Below, piece after piece: positions 46,969 to 56,995 of a stretch of DNA of 64,000 nt. Numbering within the stretch: the stretch's first letter is position 1; every line of letters starts with the position of its first letter. A model generated the notes under the pieces. The model was given only the letters and a program-made list of their open reading frames with translations, ran no database searches and had not been told where the DNA came from. The position numbers were made by a program, and so were the translations under genes. Where the stretch lies: the NCBI GenBank assembly GCA_031365725.1, contig JANLYQ010000019.1, positions 683 to 64,682 on the forward strand, read 5' to 3'. The stretch comes from Sporichthyaceae bacterium. GTDB taxonomy: Bacteria; Actinomycetota; Actinomycetes; JACCUZ01.

Positions 46969-48399
46969 TCAGAGCAGGTTCTGGGAGAGAGCGCGCTTGA
47001 CGAACTGGCCGTGCGACGTGCTGCCGACGTACCCGGTGTCGTCCTTGATCATTGCGCCACGGGACATGACGGTGTCGACGTGGCCGTCGACCTCAAAACC
47101 CTCCCAGGCCGAGTAGTCCATGTTCATGTGGTGGCTGCGGCCGGGACCGATGCCGATGGAGGTGTGTCCGCGCGGGTCGTAGATGACGATGTCAGCGTCG
47201 GCGCCGGCCGTGATGACGCCCTTGCGACCGTAGAGCCCGAACATGCGGGCCGGTGCCGCGCAGCAGACGTCGACCCACTTCTCCAGGCTGATCCGGCCAT
47301 CGACGACGCCTTGGTAGAGCAGGTCCATCCGGTGCTCTACCGACCCGATACCGTTGGGGATCTTGGCGAAGTTGCCGACACCCATGTCCTTCTGGTCCTT
47401 CATGCAGAACGGGCAGTGGTCGGTGGAGACCGTCGTGACGTCGCCGGTCCGGATGTATCGCCACAGCTCGTCCTGGTGCCCTTCCGCACGAGAGCGCAGC
47501 GGCGTGGAGCAGACCCACTTGGCACCCTCGAAGTCGCCCCACTCGGCGCTGCGCGCACCGAGCTGCTCCTCCAACGACAGGTAGAGGTACTGCGGGCAGG
47601 TCTCACCGAAGACGTTCTGCCCGGCATTGCGCGCCTCGGCGATGCGCGCCAGCGCCTGCTTGGCCGACACGTGCACGACGTACAGCGGTGCACCTGTCAT
47701 GTCAGCGAGCATCACGGCCCGGTGGGTGGCCTCCTGCTCGGCCTGCCACGGACGCGTGGTGCCGTGGAAGTACGGCGCGGTGTCGCCACGTTCCAGTGCC
47801 TGCTGGACCAAGACGTCGATGGCGGAGCCGTTCTCGGCGTGCATCATGATCAGGCTGCCGTTGCCGGCGGCGGACTGCATGGCACGCAGGATCTGACCGT
47901 CGCTGGACAGAAGGACGCCGGGGTAGGCCATGAACAGCTTGAAGCTGGTGATGCCCTCGCCGATGAGCTCGTCCATCGCCTTGAGCGACTCGTCGTCGAC
48001 CTCGCCGATGATCTGGTGGAAGCCGTAGTCGATCGCGCAGTTGCCGGCAGCCTTCTGGTGCCACGCCGCCACCTGGTCCTGGACGCGCTGGCCGTGCGTC
48101 TGCACGACGAAGTCGATGATCGTCGTGGTGCCGCCCCACGCCGCGGCTCGCGTGCCGGTCTCGAAGGTGTCGCTCGCTTTAGTGCCACCGAACGGCATCT
48201 CCATGTGGGTGTGCGCGTCGATGCCACCCGGGATCACGTACCTGCCTGTCGCATCGATCACGGTGTCGGCACTGACGGCAGCGAGCGCGCTCGACCCGGG
48301 CGCGATGACCGCGGCGATGGTCTCGCCGTCGACCAGCACGTCCTGCAACGACGAGCCGTGCGGGGTGACCACAGTCCCACCGCTGATCAGACTCGTCAT
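46969..48399 (-). CDS. hydA: Dihydropyrimidinase (D-hydantoinase)
   Basis: IPGGIDAHTH, GTRAAAWGGTTT, SFKLFMAYPG, MMHAENG, YVVHVS, GETCPQYL, STDHCPF, KIPNG. Confidence 0.93.
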   Translation of the reverse strand: MTSLISGGTVVTPHGSSLQDVLVDGETIAAVIAPGSSALAAVSADTVIDATGRYVIPGGIDAHTHMEMPFGGTKASDTFETGTRAAAWGGTTTIIDFVVQTHGQRVQDQVAAWHQKAAGNCAIDYGFHQIIGEVDDESLKAMDELIGEGITSFKLFMAYPGVLLSSDGQILRAMQSAAGNGSLIMMHAENGSAIDVLVQQALERGDTAPYFHGTTRPWQAEQEATHRAVMLADMTGAPLYVVHVSAKQALARIAEARNAGQNVFGETCPQYLYLSLEEQLGARSAEWGDFEGAKWVCSTPLRSRAEGHQDELWRYIRTGDVTTVSTDHCPFCMKDQKDMGVGNFAKIPNGIGSVEHRMDLLYQGVVDGRISLEKWVDVCCAAPARMFGLYGRKGVITAGADADIVIYDPRGHTSIGIGPGRSHHMNMDYSAWEGFEVDGHVDTVMSRGAMIKDDTGYVGSTSHGQFVKRALSQNLL

Positions 48400-49244
48400 G
48401 GCTTGGTCGTCGCGACGTAGGACTCCGGGCGACGGTCCCGGTAGAACTGCCAGTCGTTGCGCACCGTCGTGATCAGGTCGAGGTCGAGGTCGCGGGTGAC
48501 GATCTCCTCCTTGTCCGGAGAGGCAACCTCACCGACGTAGTTGCCCCGTGGGTCGACGAAGTACGACGACCCGTAGAAGTGCGGTGCGTCGGGCCCGAAC
48601 TCGCCGACCTCCTGGCCGATGCGGTTGTTGGCGGCGATGAAGTACTGGTTGGCGGCCGCGGCCGCGGGCTGCTCGAGCTCCCACAACCGGTTGGACAGTC
48701 CGGGCTTGGTGGCCGAGGGGTTGAAGACCAGCTGCGCATTGTTGAGACCGAGCTCGCGCCAGCCCTCGGGGAAGTGCCGGTCGTAGCAGATGTAGACACC
48801 CACCCGCCCGACCGCCGTGGTGAAGACGGGGTAGCCCGAGTTGCCCGGGCGGAAGTAGAACTTCTCCCAGAACTGGGGGAGGTTCGGGATGTGGTGCTTG
48901 CGGTAGGTGCCGAGCAGCGTGCCGTCGGCGTTGATCACCGCAGCGGTGTTGTAGTACTCACCCTCGTTGGCGACCTCGTAGATCGGCAGCACGATGACCA
49001 GGTGCAGCTCCTTGGCCAGGGCCTGGAACCGCTCGGTCGTCGGTCCGGGGACCGACTCGACGTAGTCGTAGTACTTCTGGTCCTGCACCGCACCGAAGTA
49101 GGGTCCGTAGAACAGTTCCTGGAAGCAGATGATCTGAACCCCGTCAGCAGCGGCCCGCCGGGTGAGCTCCTCGTGCTTGGCGATCATCGACTCTTTGTCG
49201 CCGGTCCACTCGACCTGCGTGACGGCTGCGCGGACGACCGACAT
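48396..49244 (-). CDS. Carbon-nitrogen hydrolase (beta-ureidopropionase-like)
   Basis: Catalytic triad motifs CFQELFYGPYF, YRKHHIP, ICYDRHFPEGWR; FYRDRRP tail. Confidence 0.9.
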   Translation of the reverse strand: MSVVRAAVTQVEWTGDKESMIAKHEELTRRAAADGVQIICFQELFYGPYFGAVQDQKYYDYVESVPGPTTERFQALAKELHLVIVLPIYEVANEGEYYNTAAVINADGTLLGTYRKHHIPNLPQFWEKFYFRPGNSGYPVFTTAVGRVGVYICYDRHFPEGWRELGLNNAQLVFNPSATKPGLSNRLWELEQPAAAAANQYFIAANNRIGQEVGEFGPDAPHFYGSSYFVDPRGNYVGEVASPDKEEIVTRDLDLDLITTVRNDWQFYRDRRPESYVATTKP

Positions 49245-49317
49245 GGTGGCTCCCATCAGGCTGTAAGTCGTGTCAACCTACTGCCTGATCCTGTCGCCGT
49301 GCTGAACCGCCGGTGGC

Positions 49318-49797
49318 TTAGGAGGCGCCGGTCGAAGTGTGCTTGACCGGGGCCGGGGCCGGTGCCGGCCGCGGGGCGGGTGCCCGCACCGCCACGGCCG
49401 GCGGGGCGGCGACAACGCCGCCACCCGAGGCGGCGTACGTCCGCGGTACGAGGCCGGTTGTACCGCCGCCGCTGCCAGGGATCGGGCGTCGGGACAGCGC
49501 CCGGGTCTGGGCGTGCAACCGGGCCAGCGCCTTCTGCAGCCGGACGACCCGGGCCTGCTCGGCTGTGGCCGCCTGCGACAGCACGATGGTCGGCTTGTCG
49601 AGGCTGCTGCGATCCACGGCAGCCACCGGGCGACCGCTCGCCACCCCGGGCTGGTCCTGGGTCGCCGTGGTCTTCTTGGCGACGGAGGCCGGGTGGGCAA
49701 CGCCCCAGGCCGTGGCAGCCGTCAGCACGCCGGCGGCCAGTGGCGCGACCACCGCTGCGGTACCCCACTTGATGTTGCGAGCCATCCGCTCAGTCAT
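49318..49797 (-). CDS. Membrane-tethered/secreted coiled-coil protein ending in HTSTGAS
   Basis: N-terminal hydrophobic helix, coiled coil AEQARVVRLQKALARLHAQ, Pro/Ala linker, terminal motif at 49321-49341; ATG overlaps upstream stop. Confidence 0.72.
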   Translation of the reverse strand: MTERMARNIKWGTAAVVAPLAAGVLTAATAWGVAHPASVAKKTTATQDQPGVASGRPVAAVDRSSLDKPTIVLSQAATAEQARVVRLQKALARLHAQTRALSRRPIPGSGGGTTGLVPRTYAASGGGVVAAPPAVAVRAPAPRPAPAPAPVKHTSTGAS

Positions 49798-50290
49798 CGC
49801 GGCCACCACCCTGACCGTCGTCGCCGCCCCCGCCGGCACTCGAGCTTGCCCCGGTGGCGGTGTGCGCGGCCGGTGCTGACTTTGCGGGCTGCTGACGGGC
49901 ACCATGCACCACAGGCTGTACGACGGGGCGCGCGGCTGCTTCGCGCGCTGCCGCGACGGCGGCGACGCGCTGCTTCGTGGCGGCAGCGATCCTGCGGGCA
50001 CGCGTCTTCTTGGCCGCTGCCAGCTGGGCCTCCGCGTCGGAGACGCGCTGGTTCAGCTGGTCGCCGCGCTGCGACATCGTGTCCACGTAGTCCTGCAGCG
50101 CCTGTCGACCATCGGTCTGCTGGGCGGACCCGACCGTGGTCAGGGCAGGGGCTGCGAGGGCGGCCGGGCTATCGGCGGACGGGGTCGTGGTGGCCGCGTC
50201 ACTGCCCACAGTGGCGACTGCTGCCCCGGCTGCGCCGAGGATCCCGGTGGCCGCGACGACGGTCATCGTCACGCGTCGAGAGCGCTTCAT
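49790..50290 (-). CDS. Membrane-tethered/secreted coiled-coil protein with HTATGAS near the C-terminus
   Basis: MKRSRRVTMTVVAATGILGAAG signal, coiled coil LQDYVDTMSQRGDQLNQRVSDAEAQLAAAK, motif at 49844-49864, GGGGDD tail; AGAGGGG RBS. Confidence 0.75.
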   Translation of the reverse strand: MKRSRRVTMTVVAATGILGAAGAAVATVGSDAATTTPSADSPAALAAPALTTVGSAQQTDGRQALQDYVDTMSQRGDQLNQRVSDAEAQLAAAKKTRARRIAAATKQRVAAVAAAREAAARPVVQPVVHGARQQPAKSAPAAHTATGASSSAGGGGDDGQGGGRDD

Positions 50291-50365
50291 GGTGTGCCCC
50301 TCTTGCTCAGCTGCTTGGTGCTCCGTGCCTCAAGCATCGGCGCCCTGCCACGGGTCCACCGCCGC

Positions 50366-50382
50366 TTAGGGGTCAGTTAGGG
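50366..50382 (-). promoter_or_regulatory. 11-bp-spaced direct repeat (OmpR/PhoB-type site candidate)
   Basis: TTAGGG at 50366 and 50377 (CCCTAA-N5-CCCTAA on the minus strand), 76-92 bp upstream of ATG 50290. Confidence 0.35.
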
Positions 50383-50423
50383 CAGCGAAAGGCGAAATTT
50401 GTCCCCCGCGGCGCCGCTCCCCG

Positions 50424-51086
50424 TCAGCGCAGGGAGAACGGTGGGTACCGGTCGGTGACGAGCAGGAACGCGTACGCCTCGACCCGCAGCCACCAGCGGC
50501 CGACGCCGACCACGTAGTCGAACAACCCACGCGGATAGCGGCCCGTCACCAGGATCGCGACCCATGCAGCGACCACCGAGAAGACTGCGCCCACGGACAA
50601 GAACAGCAACAGCACAAAGTGCGGGATGGCGAGCAGCCACTTCACCAAGGGCAACCAGCGGTTGAGGTCTTGGGCGGCGTCGGGATAGTCGAGCCCCAGA
50701 TCCACCTTCTGCTTATCGACGGTCGAGGGGTAGTCGTCAGTCAGGAGCGCGACGTAGGCACCCACCCGAGCGCCGAAACGAGCGAGCTCGAGTGCGAAGT
50801 CGAACCACCACCGCGGATATCGCTGCCGGAACAGGATCATCAACAGAGTCGCCAAGAACAGGCCACTGGCGATGCCGCCGCTGGTGGAGCTCACCGCCTT
50901 TCCGCTCTGGTCGTACACCGTCCGTGTCACACCGGACGTGAGCAACCCGTAGATGATGGCGATGGGAATGACGAGCGCGATCCGGAAGAGCGACGTCAGC
51001 CGGTTGTGCTCGGCCGTGTACTCGACGGCGAGACGGGCTGGGTAGCTCGAGGGCACTGAGGGCGCGGACTCGACCTGGTCGGACAT
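50424..51086 (-). CDS. DUF4389-type membrane protein
   Basis: YPARLAVEY, LFRQRYPRWWFDF, YVALLTDDYP, LNRWLPLVKWLLAIPHF, GRYPRGLFD, LVTDRYPPFSL. Confidence 0.85.
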   Translation of the reverse strand: MSDQVESAPSVPSSYPARLAVEYTAEHNRLTSLFRIALVIPIAIIYGLLTSGVTRTVYDQSGKAVSSTSGGIASGLFLATLLMILFRQRYPRWWFDFALELARFGARVGAYVALLTDDYPSTVDKQKVDLGLDYPDAAQDLNRWLPLVKWLLAIPHFVLLLFLSVGAVFSVVAAWVAILVTGRYPRGLFDYVVGVGRWWLRVEAYAFLLVTDRYPPFSLR

Positions 51087-51149
51087 TGAGGACCTCCTGC
51101 TGACGCCTTCTTGGCGTCCACCCTTGCCCGCACCTTCGTCGCGTGGCGA

Positions 51150-51163
51150 GAGTCTTAGGTCCC
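51150..51163. promoter_or_regulatory. DosR-like box upstream of the DUF4389 gene
   Basis: GAGTCTTAGGTCCC (reverse GGGACCTAAGACTC). Confidence 0.55.
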
Positions 51164-51212
51164 TATCTTGTCTCTACGTGGCGGTGTCTGGCGCTGCCCG
51201 ACGGCGTTGGGG

Positions 51213-53798
51213 TCAGCCCGTTCGCCGGCGCGGGTAGGTCTTGTGCGCGGCATCGACGAGTGGGATCGTCGCGGCGGCCACGAGGCAGAAAAGCCACCCG
51301 GTCGTGGTGGGCCAGGATCCGCCGAGTAGGTCGGCGACCCACGGGATCCCCAGAAACGCCACGAGCAGGGCCGCCTCGACAGCGACAGCAAGCAGGATGA
51401 ACGGGTTGCTCCTCGGGTCGCAACGCCACGCCGGGAGCGTCTCGCTGCGACAGGTGAAGGCGTTCGCGATCTGCGCCACAGCGACAACAGCGAATGCCGA
51501 CCCGGACGCCGAGGCCAGCAGTCCGGGAGAGGGGACATCGCCGAAGCCCCAGCCGTGGGCGAGAAGAATTGTGAGGAAGGCCCCCATCGAGAGCAACGCC
51601 TCGGTCGGACCGAGCACCAGCAGGGCCCGGCGCATCAAGCCTCCGTCGACGACCGACCGCGTCCGTCTCGGTCCATTCATGGCGCGCTCGTTGGCAGGCT
51701 CAGCGCCGAGGGCGAGCGCGGGCAGCATATCGGTGCCGATGTCGAGGGCAAGGACTTGAAGGACGCCGATGGCGAGTGGGATCTTGCTGCCCGTCAGCGC
51801 CCACAGGACGAACGGGACCAGCTCGGCCACGTTGTCGGTCAGGTGGAAGGTCAGGAAGCGCCGGATGTTGGAGAAGGTTCCCCGGCCCAGTTGGATGGCC
51901 TTCGGGATGGTCGCAAAACTGTCGTCCAGAAGGACCAGGTCCGCCGCCTCGCGAGCGACGTCGCTGCCCGACAGGCCCATCGCAATGCCGACGTCGGCCT
52001 CACGCAGAGCCGCCGCGTCGTTGACGCCGTCACCGGTCATCGCCACGACGTGGCCGTGCGACCGCAGGGCCCGGGCGATGCGTAGCTTGTCGGCCGGGGT
52101 CACTCGGGCGACGACGGCGCCGTCCTCGCGGTCGAGCAGCTCAGCGATCTGGGAGTCAGTCTCGGGCAGGTCGACGCCCTCCACGACAGTGCCGGTCGGC
52201 CCCAGGAGACCGACCTCCACAGCGATGGCGGCTGCCGTGGCTGCGCTGTCGCCGGTCACCATGGCCAGCCGGATCCCGGCACCTCGGCACAGCGCCACCG
52301 CTGTCGCGACCTCGGCTCGCGGCGGGTCCTGGATGCCGATGAGGGCAAGAAGCTCGAGATCGTGTCCAACGGCGGTCTCCAAGCCGCCTTCGTCGGTGGG
52401 CGGCCCGACGGCACGAGCTCGCGCCACGGCCATGACCCGACGTCCGCGTCCCGACATGTCGGCGAGCTGGGACCACTCGGTCCTCGTCGGTGTGAGGCCG
52501 GTGCATCGGTCCAGCAGCACCTCGGGTGCACCCATGACGTATGCCGTGCCGCCGACGATAGCCGCACTCGATCGCGTGGCAGCGGTGAACGGGAGACGGA
52601 TGCTTGCCGCGGCCTGGTCGGGGCAGCCCAAGCGGTGGGCAAACGCATCGAGGGCCGCGTCCATCGGGTCGCCCTCCGCCACCCATCGACCACCGAGCTC
52701 CACGCTGCGCCCCGTGGAGCAACCGAGTGCTCCGACGGCGGCCACCGACGCGAGCACCATCGCGTCGCGAGAGGCATCGACCGTTCCTCGAGGTTCGTAG
52801 CCGGTACCGGTCACCCTCAAGCTCCCGGCCGGGGTCCAGCCCTCCACCACAGACATCTCGTTGCGGGTGAGGGTGCCCGTCTTGTCGGTGCAGATGAACG
52901 TGGTGGCGCCGAGGGTCTCGACGGCCTCCAGGTGGCGGACGAGGGCGTTGTCGGCGGCCATCCGCTGTGCCGCCCGGGCGAGGGACAGCGTGACCGTGGG
53001 CAACAGTCCCTCCGGGACGAGCGCCACCATCACCCCGACCCCGAGCAGCAACGCCGAGGTGACACCAGCACCTAGGAGGAGCGAGGTACCAGCGAGCAGG
53101 ACACCGACCGACGCGGCGATGGCGGCCACGACGATCACCAGCTTGTGCAGCTGGACGGACAGCGGGCTGGGTGGACGTTGCGCCTGATCGGTGAGCGCGG
53201 CTATGCCGGCGAGGCGGGTTGCCGTCCCGATAGCGATGACAACACCCGTCGCGTCGCCCTGGACCGCGAAGGTCCCAGCGAAGACGTCGCAGCCGACAGG
53301 CCGTGGCTGAGGGACACTCTCTCCGGTGAGCATGGATTCGTCGACCGTCAGCTCATGCGCGACCTCGATCCGGAGATCGGCACCGACGCGGTCGCCCGCC
53401 GCGAGCAGGACAACGTCGCCGCAGACCAAGTCCTCGACCGCGACGCTGATGGTGCGGCCGCCGCGCCGCACGTGGGCGGCGGCCGGCAGCATCGCGTTCA
53501 GCTGCTCGGCGGCGCGGTCCGCCTTGTGCTCCTGCAGAAAGGCAAACAGTCCGTTGAGCAGCACGATCACGACGACCGCAGCAGCCAAGGGAACCATCCC
53601 CGCCAGCAGGGCAAGCAGTGCAGCTGCCCAGAGCATGCCGGCAAAGAAGTGGGTGAGCTGAGCCATCAGCATCCGCCAGGCCGGTGTGCGACGCGGGGGC
53701 GGGACGGCGTTCGCGCCATCTCGCCGATGACGCACAAGAGCTTCCGCGGCAGAGAGTCCAGCAGGAGCTGCGGCGGTGGGCGCGGTCGACGTCGTCAC
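51213..53798 (-). CDS. P2-type cation-transporting ATPase (second paralogue)
   Basis: LTGES, VPEGL, CTDKTGTLTRNEM, GDPMD, TGDS, MTGDGVNDAAAL; GTG 53798 overlaps arcC stop. Confidence 0.93.
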   Translation of the reverse strand: MTTSTAPTAAAPAGLSAAEALVRHRRDGANAVPPPRRTPAWRMLMAQLTHFFAGMLWAAALLALLAGMVPLAAAVVVIVLLNGLFAFLQEHKADRAAEQLNAMLPAAAHVRRGGRTISVAVEDLVCGDVVLLAAGDRVGADLRIEVAHELTVDESMLTGESVPQPRPVGCDVFAGTFAVQGDATGVVIAIGTATRLAGIAALTDQAQRPPSPLSVQLHKLVIVVAAIAASVGVLLAGTSLLLGAGVTSALLLGVGVMVALVPEGLLPTVTLSLARAAQRMAADNALVRHLEAVETLGATTFICTDKTGTLTRNEMSVVEGWTPAGSLRVTGTGYEPRGTVDASRDAMVLASVAAVGALGCSTGRSVELGGRWVAEGDPMDAALDAFAHRLGCPDQAAASIRLPFTAATRSSAAIVGGTAYVMGAPEVLLDRCTGLTPTRTEWSQLADMSGRGRRVMAVARARAVGPPTDEGGLETAVGHDLELLALIGIQDPPRAEVATAVALCRGAGIRLAMVTGDSAATAAAIAVEVGLLGPTGTVVEGVDLPETDSQIAELLDREDGAVVARVTPADKLRIARALRSHGHVVAMTGDGVNDAAALREADVGIAMGLSGSDVAREAADLVLLDDSFATIPKAIQLGRGTFSNIRRFLTFHLTDNVAELVPFVLWALTGSKIPLAIGVLQVLALDIGTDMLPALALGAEPANERAMNGPRRTRSVVDGGLMRRALLVLGPTEALLSMGAFLTILLAHGWGFGDVPSPGLLASASGSAFAVVAVAQIANAFTCRSETLPAWRCDPRSNPFILLAVAVEAALLVAFLGIPWVADLLGGSWPTTTGWLFCLVAAATIPLVDAAHKTYPRRRTG

Positions 53799-54700
53799 GT
53801 CCGGGTGAGCTGCGTTCCCGCGGTGCCGGCGACGACGCTCTCGGTCTCGCAGAGCGCACCGATGGAGGCCTGACCTCCGGTGTCTTCCACGAACCGACGG
53901 GCCGCGGTGACCTTCGGCCCCATGGAGCCCGCGGGGAAGGTCATCGCGCGTAGCGTGCTGACGGTGACGTCGCGGAGCAGGCTCTGCTCCGGCGTCCCGT
54001 AGTGCGTCATTACTCCTGCGACATCGGTGAGGAGGACCAGACGGTCGGCCGCCAAGGACGTGGCGATGAGCGCTGCAACGGAGTCCTTGTCCACAACCGC
54101 GTCCACACCTGACAGCCCCTCGGGGCCGTCCAGCACCGGCACCCCTCCGCCGCCGGCCAGGATCACTGTGGTGCCGTGCGCGAGCAGGGTGCGTGCTGTC
54201 TCGATCTCCACGACGCGCACGGGGAGCGGTGATGCAACGACTCTGCGCCACCCGGCACCGTCGGGCCGGACGACCCACCCGTTCTCGGCGGCAAGCGACC
54301 GCGCCCGCTGCTCGCTGTAGACACCACCGACGAACTTGGTGGGGTTGGTGAAGGCTGGGTCGTCGGCTGCCACGACGGTCTGGGTCACTAGCGTGACGAC
54401 CGGTGTGGTGGGGTCGGCATTGGCGAGCGCCTGCTGCAGCCAGTAGCCGATGACGCCCTGGGTCTCGGCCACCAGCTCACTGAACGGATAGGGCCGAGTC
54501 AGGCTCCTGTCGGCGGCGCTCTCCAGCGCGAGCATCCCGACCTGGGGCCCGTTCCCGTGCACCAGGACCAGCTCATGCGCTCCCGCTAGTGCCGCCAAGG
54601 CGGGCGCAGCCTCGGCGATGTGCTGGAGCTGCACGGCCGAGTCGGGCTTGTCTCCACGGCGCAGCAGCGCGTTGCCGCCAAGGCCCACCACGACCCTCAC
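53795..54700 (-). CDS. arcC: Carbamate kinase
   Basis: [63 protein letters not shown]. Confidence 0.95.
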   Translation of the reverse strand: MRVVVGLGGNALLRRGDKPDSAVQLQHIAEAAPALAALAGAHELVLVHGNGPQVGMLALESAADRSLTRPYPFSELVAETQGVIGYWLQQALANADPTTPVVTLVTQTVVAADDPAFTNPTKFVGGVYSEQRARSLAAENGWVVRPDGAGWRRVVASPLPVRVVEIETARTLLAHGTTVILAGGGGVPVLDGPEGLSGVDAVVDKDSVAALIATSLAADRLVLLTDVAGVMTHYGTPEQSLLRDVTVSTLRAMTFPAGSMGPKVTAARRFVEDTGGQASIGALCETESVVAGTAGTQLTRT

Positions 54701-55725
54701 GTGCGCCCGTCGGCAACCGCGACGTCGGCCAGAGTGGCGACCATGACGGCCTTGATCGTGTGCATCCGGTTCTCGGCCTGGTCGAAGACGATGGATGCGG
54801 GCGACTCGAAGACCTCGTCGGTGACTTCCAGGGCCGCGAGACCGGTCTTCCGGAAGATCTCCTCGCCGACGGCGGTCCCGCGGTCGTGGAAGGCGGGCAA
54901 GCAGTGCATGAACCTGACGTCCGGGTTCTTGGTCAGGGCCAGCAGCTGGGTCGTCACCTGGTAGGGCATCAGCATCGCGATCCGGTCGGTCCACGCCTCC
55001 ACGGGCTCACCCATCGACACCCACACGTCGGTGTAGACGAAGTCGGCGTCGAGCAGTCCGGTCGCCGGATCGCCGGTGCACGTGATGCGGGCGCCGGTCT
55101 CCTCTGCGATCGCGGTCGCCGCCTTGAGGACGTCCTCGGCGTTCTGCAAGGAGGGCGGAGCGACCATACGGACGTCCATGCCCAGCATCGCCCCGGCCAC
55201 GAGCAGGGAGTTCGCCGTGTTGTCCCGCGCGTCGCCGATGAAGGCGAAGGAGATGTCCCGATCCGACGTGTGAGCGTGCTCGCGCATGGTGAGCATGTCG
55301 CAGAGTGACTGGGTCGGGTGCCACTCGTCCGTGAGGCCGTTCCACACCGGCACACCAGCAAAGGTGGCGAGCGTCTCCACAGTCGCCTGGTCGAAGCCCC
55401 GGTACTCGATGCCGTCGTACATCCGGCCCAGCACGCGAGCAGTGTCGGCGACCGACTCCTTGTGACCGAGGTGGGATCCCGACGGGTCGAGGTAGGTGAC
55501 GTGGGCACCCTGGTCGTGGGCGGCGACCTCGAAGGCGCACCGGGTGCGGGTCGATGCCTTCTCGAAGATCAGGGCGATGTTCTTGCCGGCGAGGCGCTGG
55601 ACCTCGGTCCCTTCGCGCTTGTCGCCCTTGAGCCGCGCCGCGGTGTCGAGCAGGCTGCGCCACTCGTCCGGGCTGAAGTCGAGCTCTTTGAGAAAGCTGC
55701 GCCCCCGGAGCTGACCCGCCGTCAC
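54697..55725 (-). CDS. arcB: Ornithine carbamoyltransferase (catabolic by context)
   Basis: [67 protein letters not shown]. Confidence 0.93.
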   Translation of the reverse strand: MTAGQLRGRSFLKELDFSPDEWRSLLDTAARLKGDKREGTEVQRLAGKNIALIFEKASTRTRCAFEVAAHDQGAHVTYLDPSGSHLGHKESVADTARVLGRMYDGIEYRGFDQATVETLATFAGVPVWNGLTDEWHPTQSLCDMLTMREHAHTSDRDISFAFIGDARDNTANSLLVAGAMLGMDVRMVAPPSLQNAEDVLKAATAIAEETGARITCTGDPATGLLDADFVYTDVWVSMGEPVEAWTDRIAMLMPYQVTTQLLALTKNPDVRFMHCLPAFHDRGTAVGEEIFRKTGLAALEVTDEVFESPASIVFDQAENRMHTIKAVMVATLADVAVADGRT

Positions 55726-56954
55726 GCCGACACCGCCTCGCGCTCGATCGGACAGGTCATGCACCGTGGTCCGCCGCGCCCTCTGCCCAGCTCCTCGCCC
55801 ACGACCGGGATGACCCGGATGCCTTGCTCGGTGAGATAGCGGTTGGTCGTCGTGTTGCGCTCGTAACCCAGGATCACCCCGGGTGCCACTGCCAGGAAGT
55901 TGTTCCCGTCGTCCCACTGCTCGCGCTTCGCGCCCATCTCGTCGATGGGAGTCTGCAGGACCCGCAGGCTGCCCACGCCGGCCAGGCCGAGAGCCTCGGC
56001 CACGACTGGGAAGAGCTCGGCGTTCTCTTCGATCTTGAAGTCGCCGGCGTCTCCCCTCGCCCGCAGGGTGAAGGACCGCAGCTCCTCCGGCAGATAAGGG
56101 TAAAGGCAGAACGCGTCGGCAGCGATCATGGTCATCACCGTGTCGAGGTGCATGAAGGCTCGCTCTTTCGGTAGCTCCACGACGATCACGTTGTCGACGG
56201 TCCCGGCCCGGAACAGGCTGCAGGCCAGCGTCTCGACCCCCTGCGGTGTTGACCTCTCCCCCATCCCGATCATCACCGTGCGGTTGCCGATGACGGTGAT
56301 GTCGCCGCCTTCGACGGTCGCCGTGTCGTGGGCGAGCGAGTCGTTGCCGTAGAGAAAGTGGGTCCCGGCAAAGAGAGGATGGAAGTTGTAGACGACCCGG
56401 GAGTTGATCGTCTCGCCGCGTCGGGCCGGCATGGCCATCGGGTTGACCGAGACACCGTCGTAGATCCAGGCGGAGTTGTCGCGCTGGAAGAGGTGGTTGG
56501 GCAGCGGACGGAGCAGGAAGTCGTCCTTGCCGAGGTAGTCCATCAGCAAGCTCGGGGCGTGCAGCAAGGACACGACGTCACGCTTGAGGACACCGCCGAT
56601 GAGCACCTCGGCAAGCACTGGGGCCGGCGTAGAGCCGACCAGCTCGTCGAGGGGTGCGTCGAGTGCGGGTCCGAACCGGGTCGCCGTCGTGAGGCGCTCC
56701 TGGAGGAACGGCCGGGCACCCGGCTCATCGAGTGCCACGGCCAAGAGCTGGGCGAAGTGGTGGACGAGCACGCCTTCACCTTCGAGCTGTCGGGTGAACG
56801 CGTCATGTTCTTCACGGGCGCGGTCGGCCCACATCACGTCGTCGAACAGCAGTTCGTCGACGTTGTCCGGAGTGAGTCGGTCGAGCTCGATGCCGGGACG
56901 GTGCACAATCGCCTGCTTGAGCAGGCCGACCTCGGAGTCGACGTGGAACGACAT
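55722..56954 (-). CDS. arcA: Arginine deiminase
   Basis: [57 protein letters not shown]. Confidence 0.96.
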   Translation of the reverse strand: MSFHVDSEVGLLKQAIVHRPGIELDRLTPDNVDELLFDDVMWADRAREEHDAFTRQLEGEGVLVHHFAQLLAVALDEPGARPFLQERLTTATRFGPALDAPLDELVGSTPAPVLAEVLIGGVLKRDVVSLLHAPSLLMDYLGKDDFLLRPLPNHLFQRDNSAWIYDGVSVNPMAMPARRGETINSRVVYNFHPLFAGTHFLYGNDSLAHDTATVEGGDITVIGNRTVMIGMGERSTPQGVETLACSLFRAGTVDNVIVVELPKERAFMHLDTVMTMIAADAFCLYPYLPEELRSFTLRARGDAGDFKIEENAELFPVVAEALGLAGVGSLRVLQTPIDEMGAKREQWDDGNNFLAVAPGVILGYERNTTTNRYLTEQGIRVIPVVGEELGRGRGGPRCMTCPIEREAVSA

Positions 56955-56995
56955 GGGGAAGAGCCTCTCGTGGGAGTGATGCGCGAGCGCATCGG

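Noticed and set aside
49255-49280. Sigma70-type promoter from TTGACA upstream of the pyrimidine operon
   Set aside because: No -10 element at 16-18 bp spacing; it would fall on the RBS.
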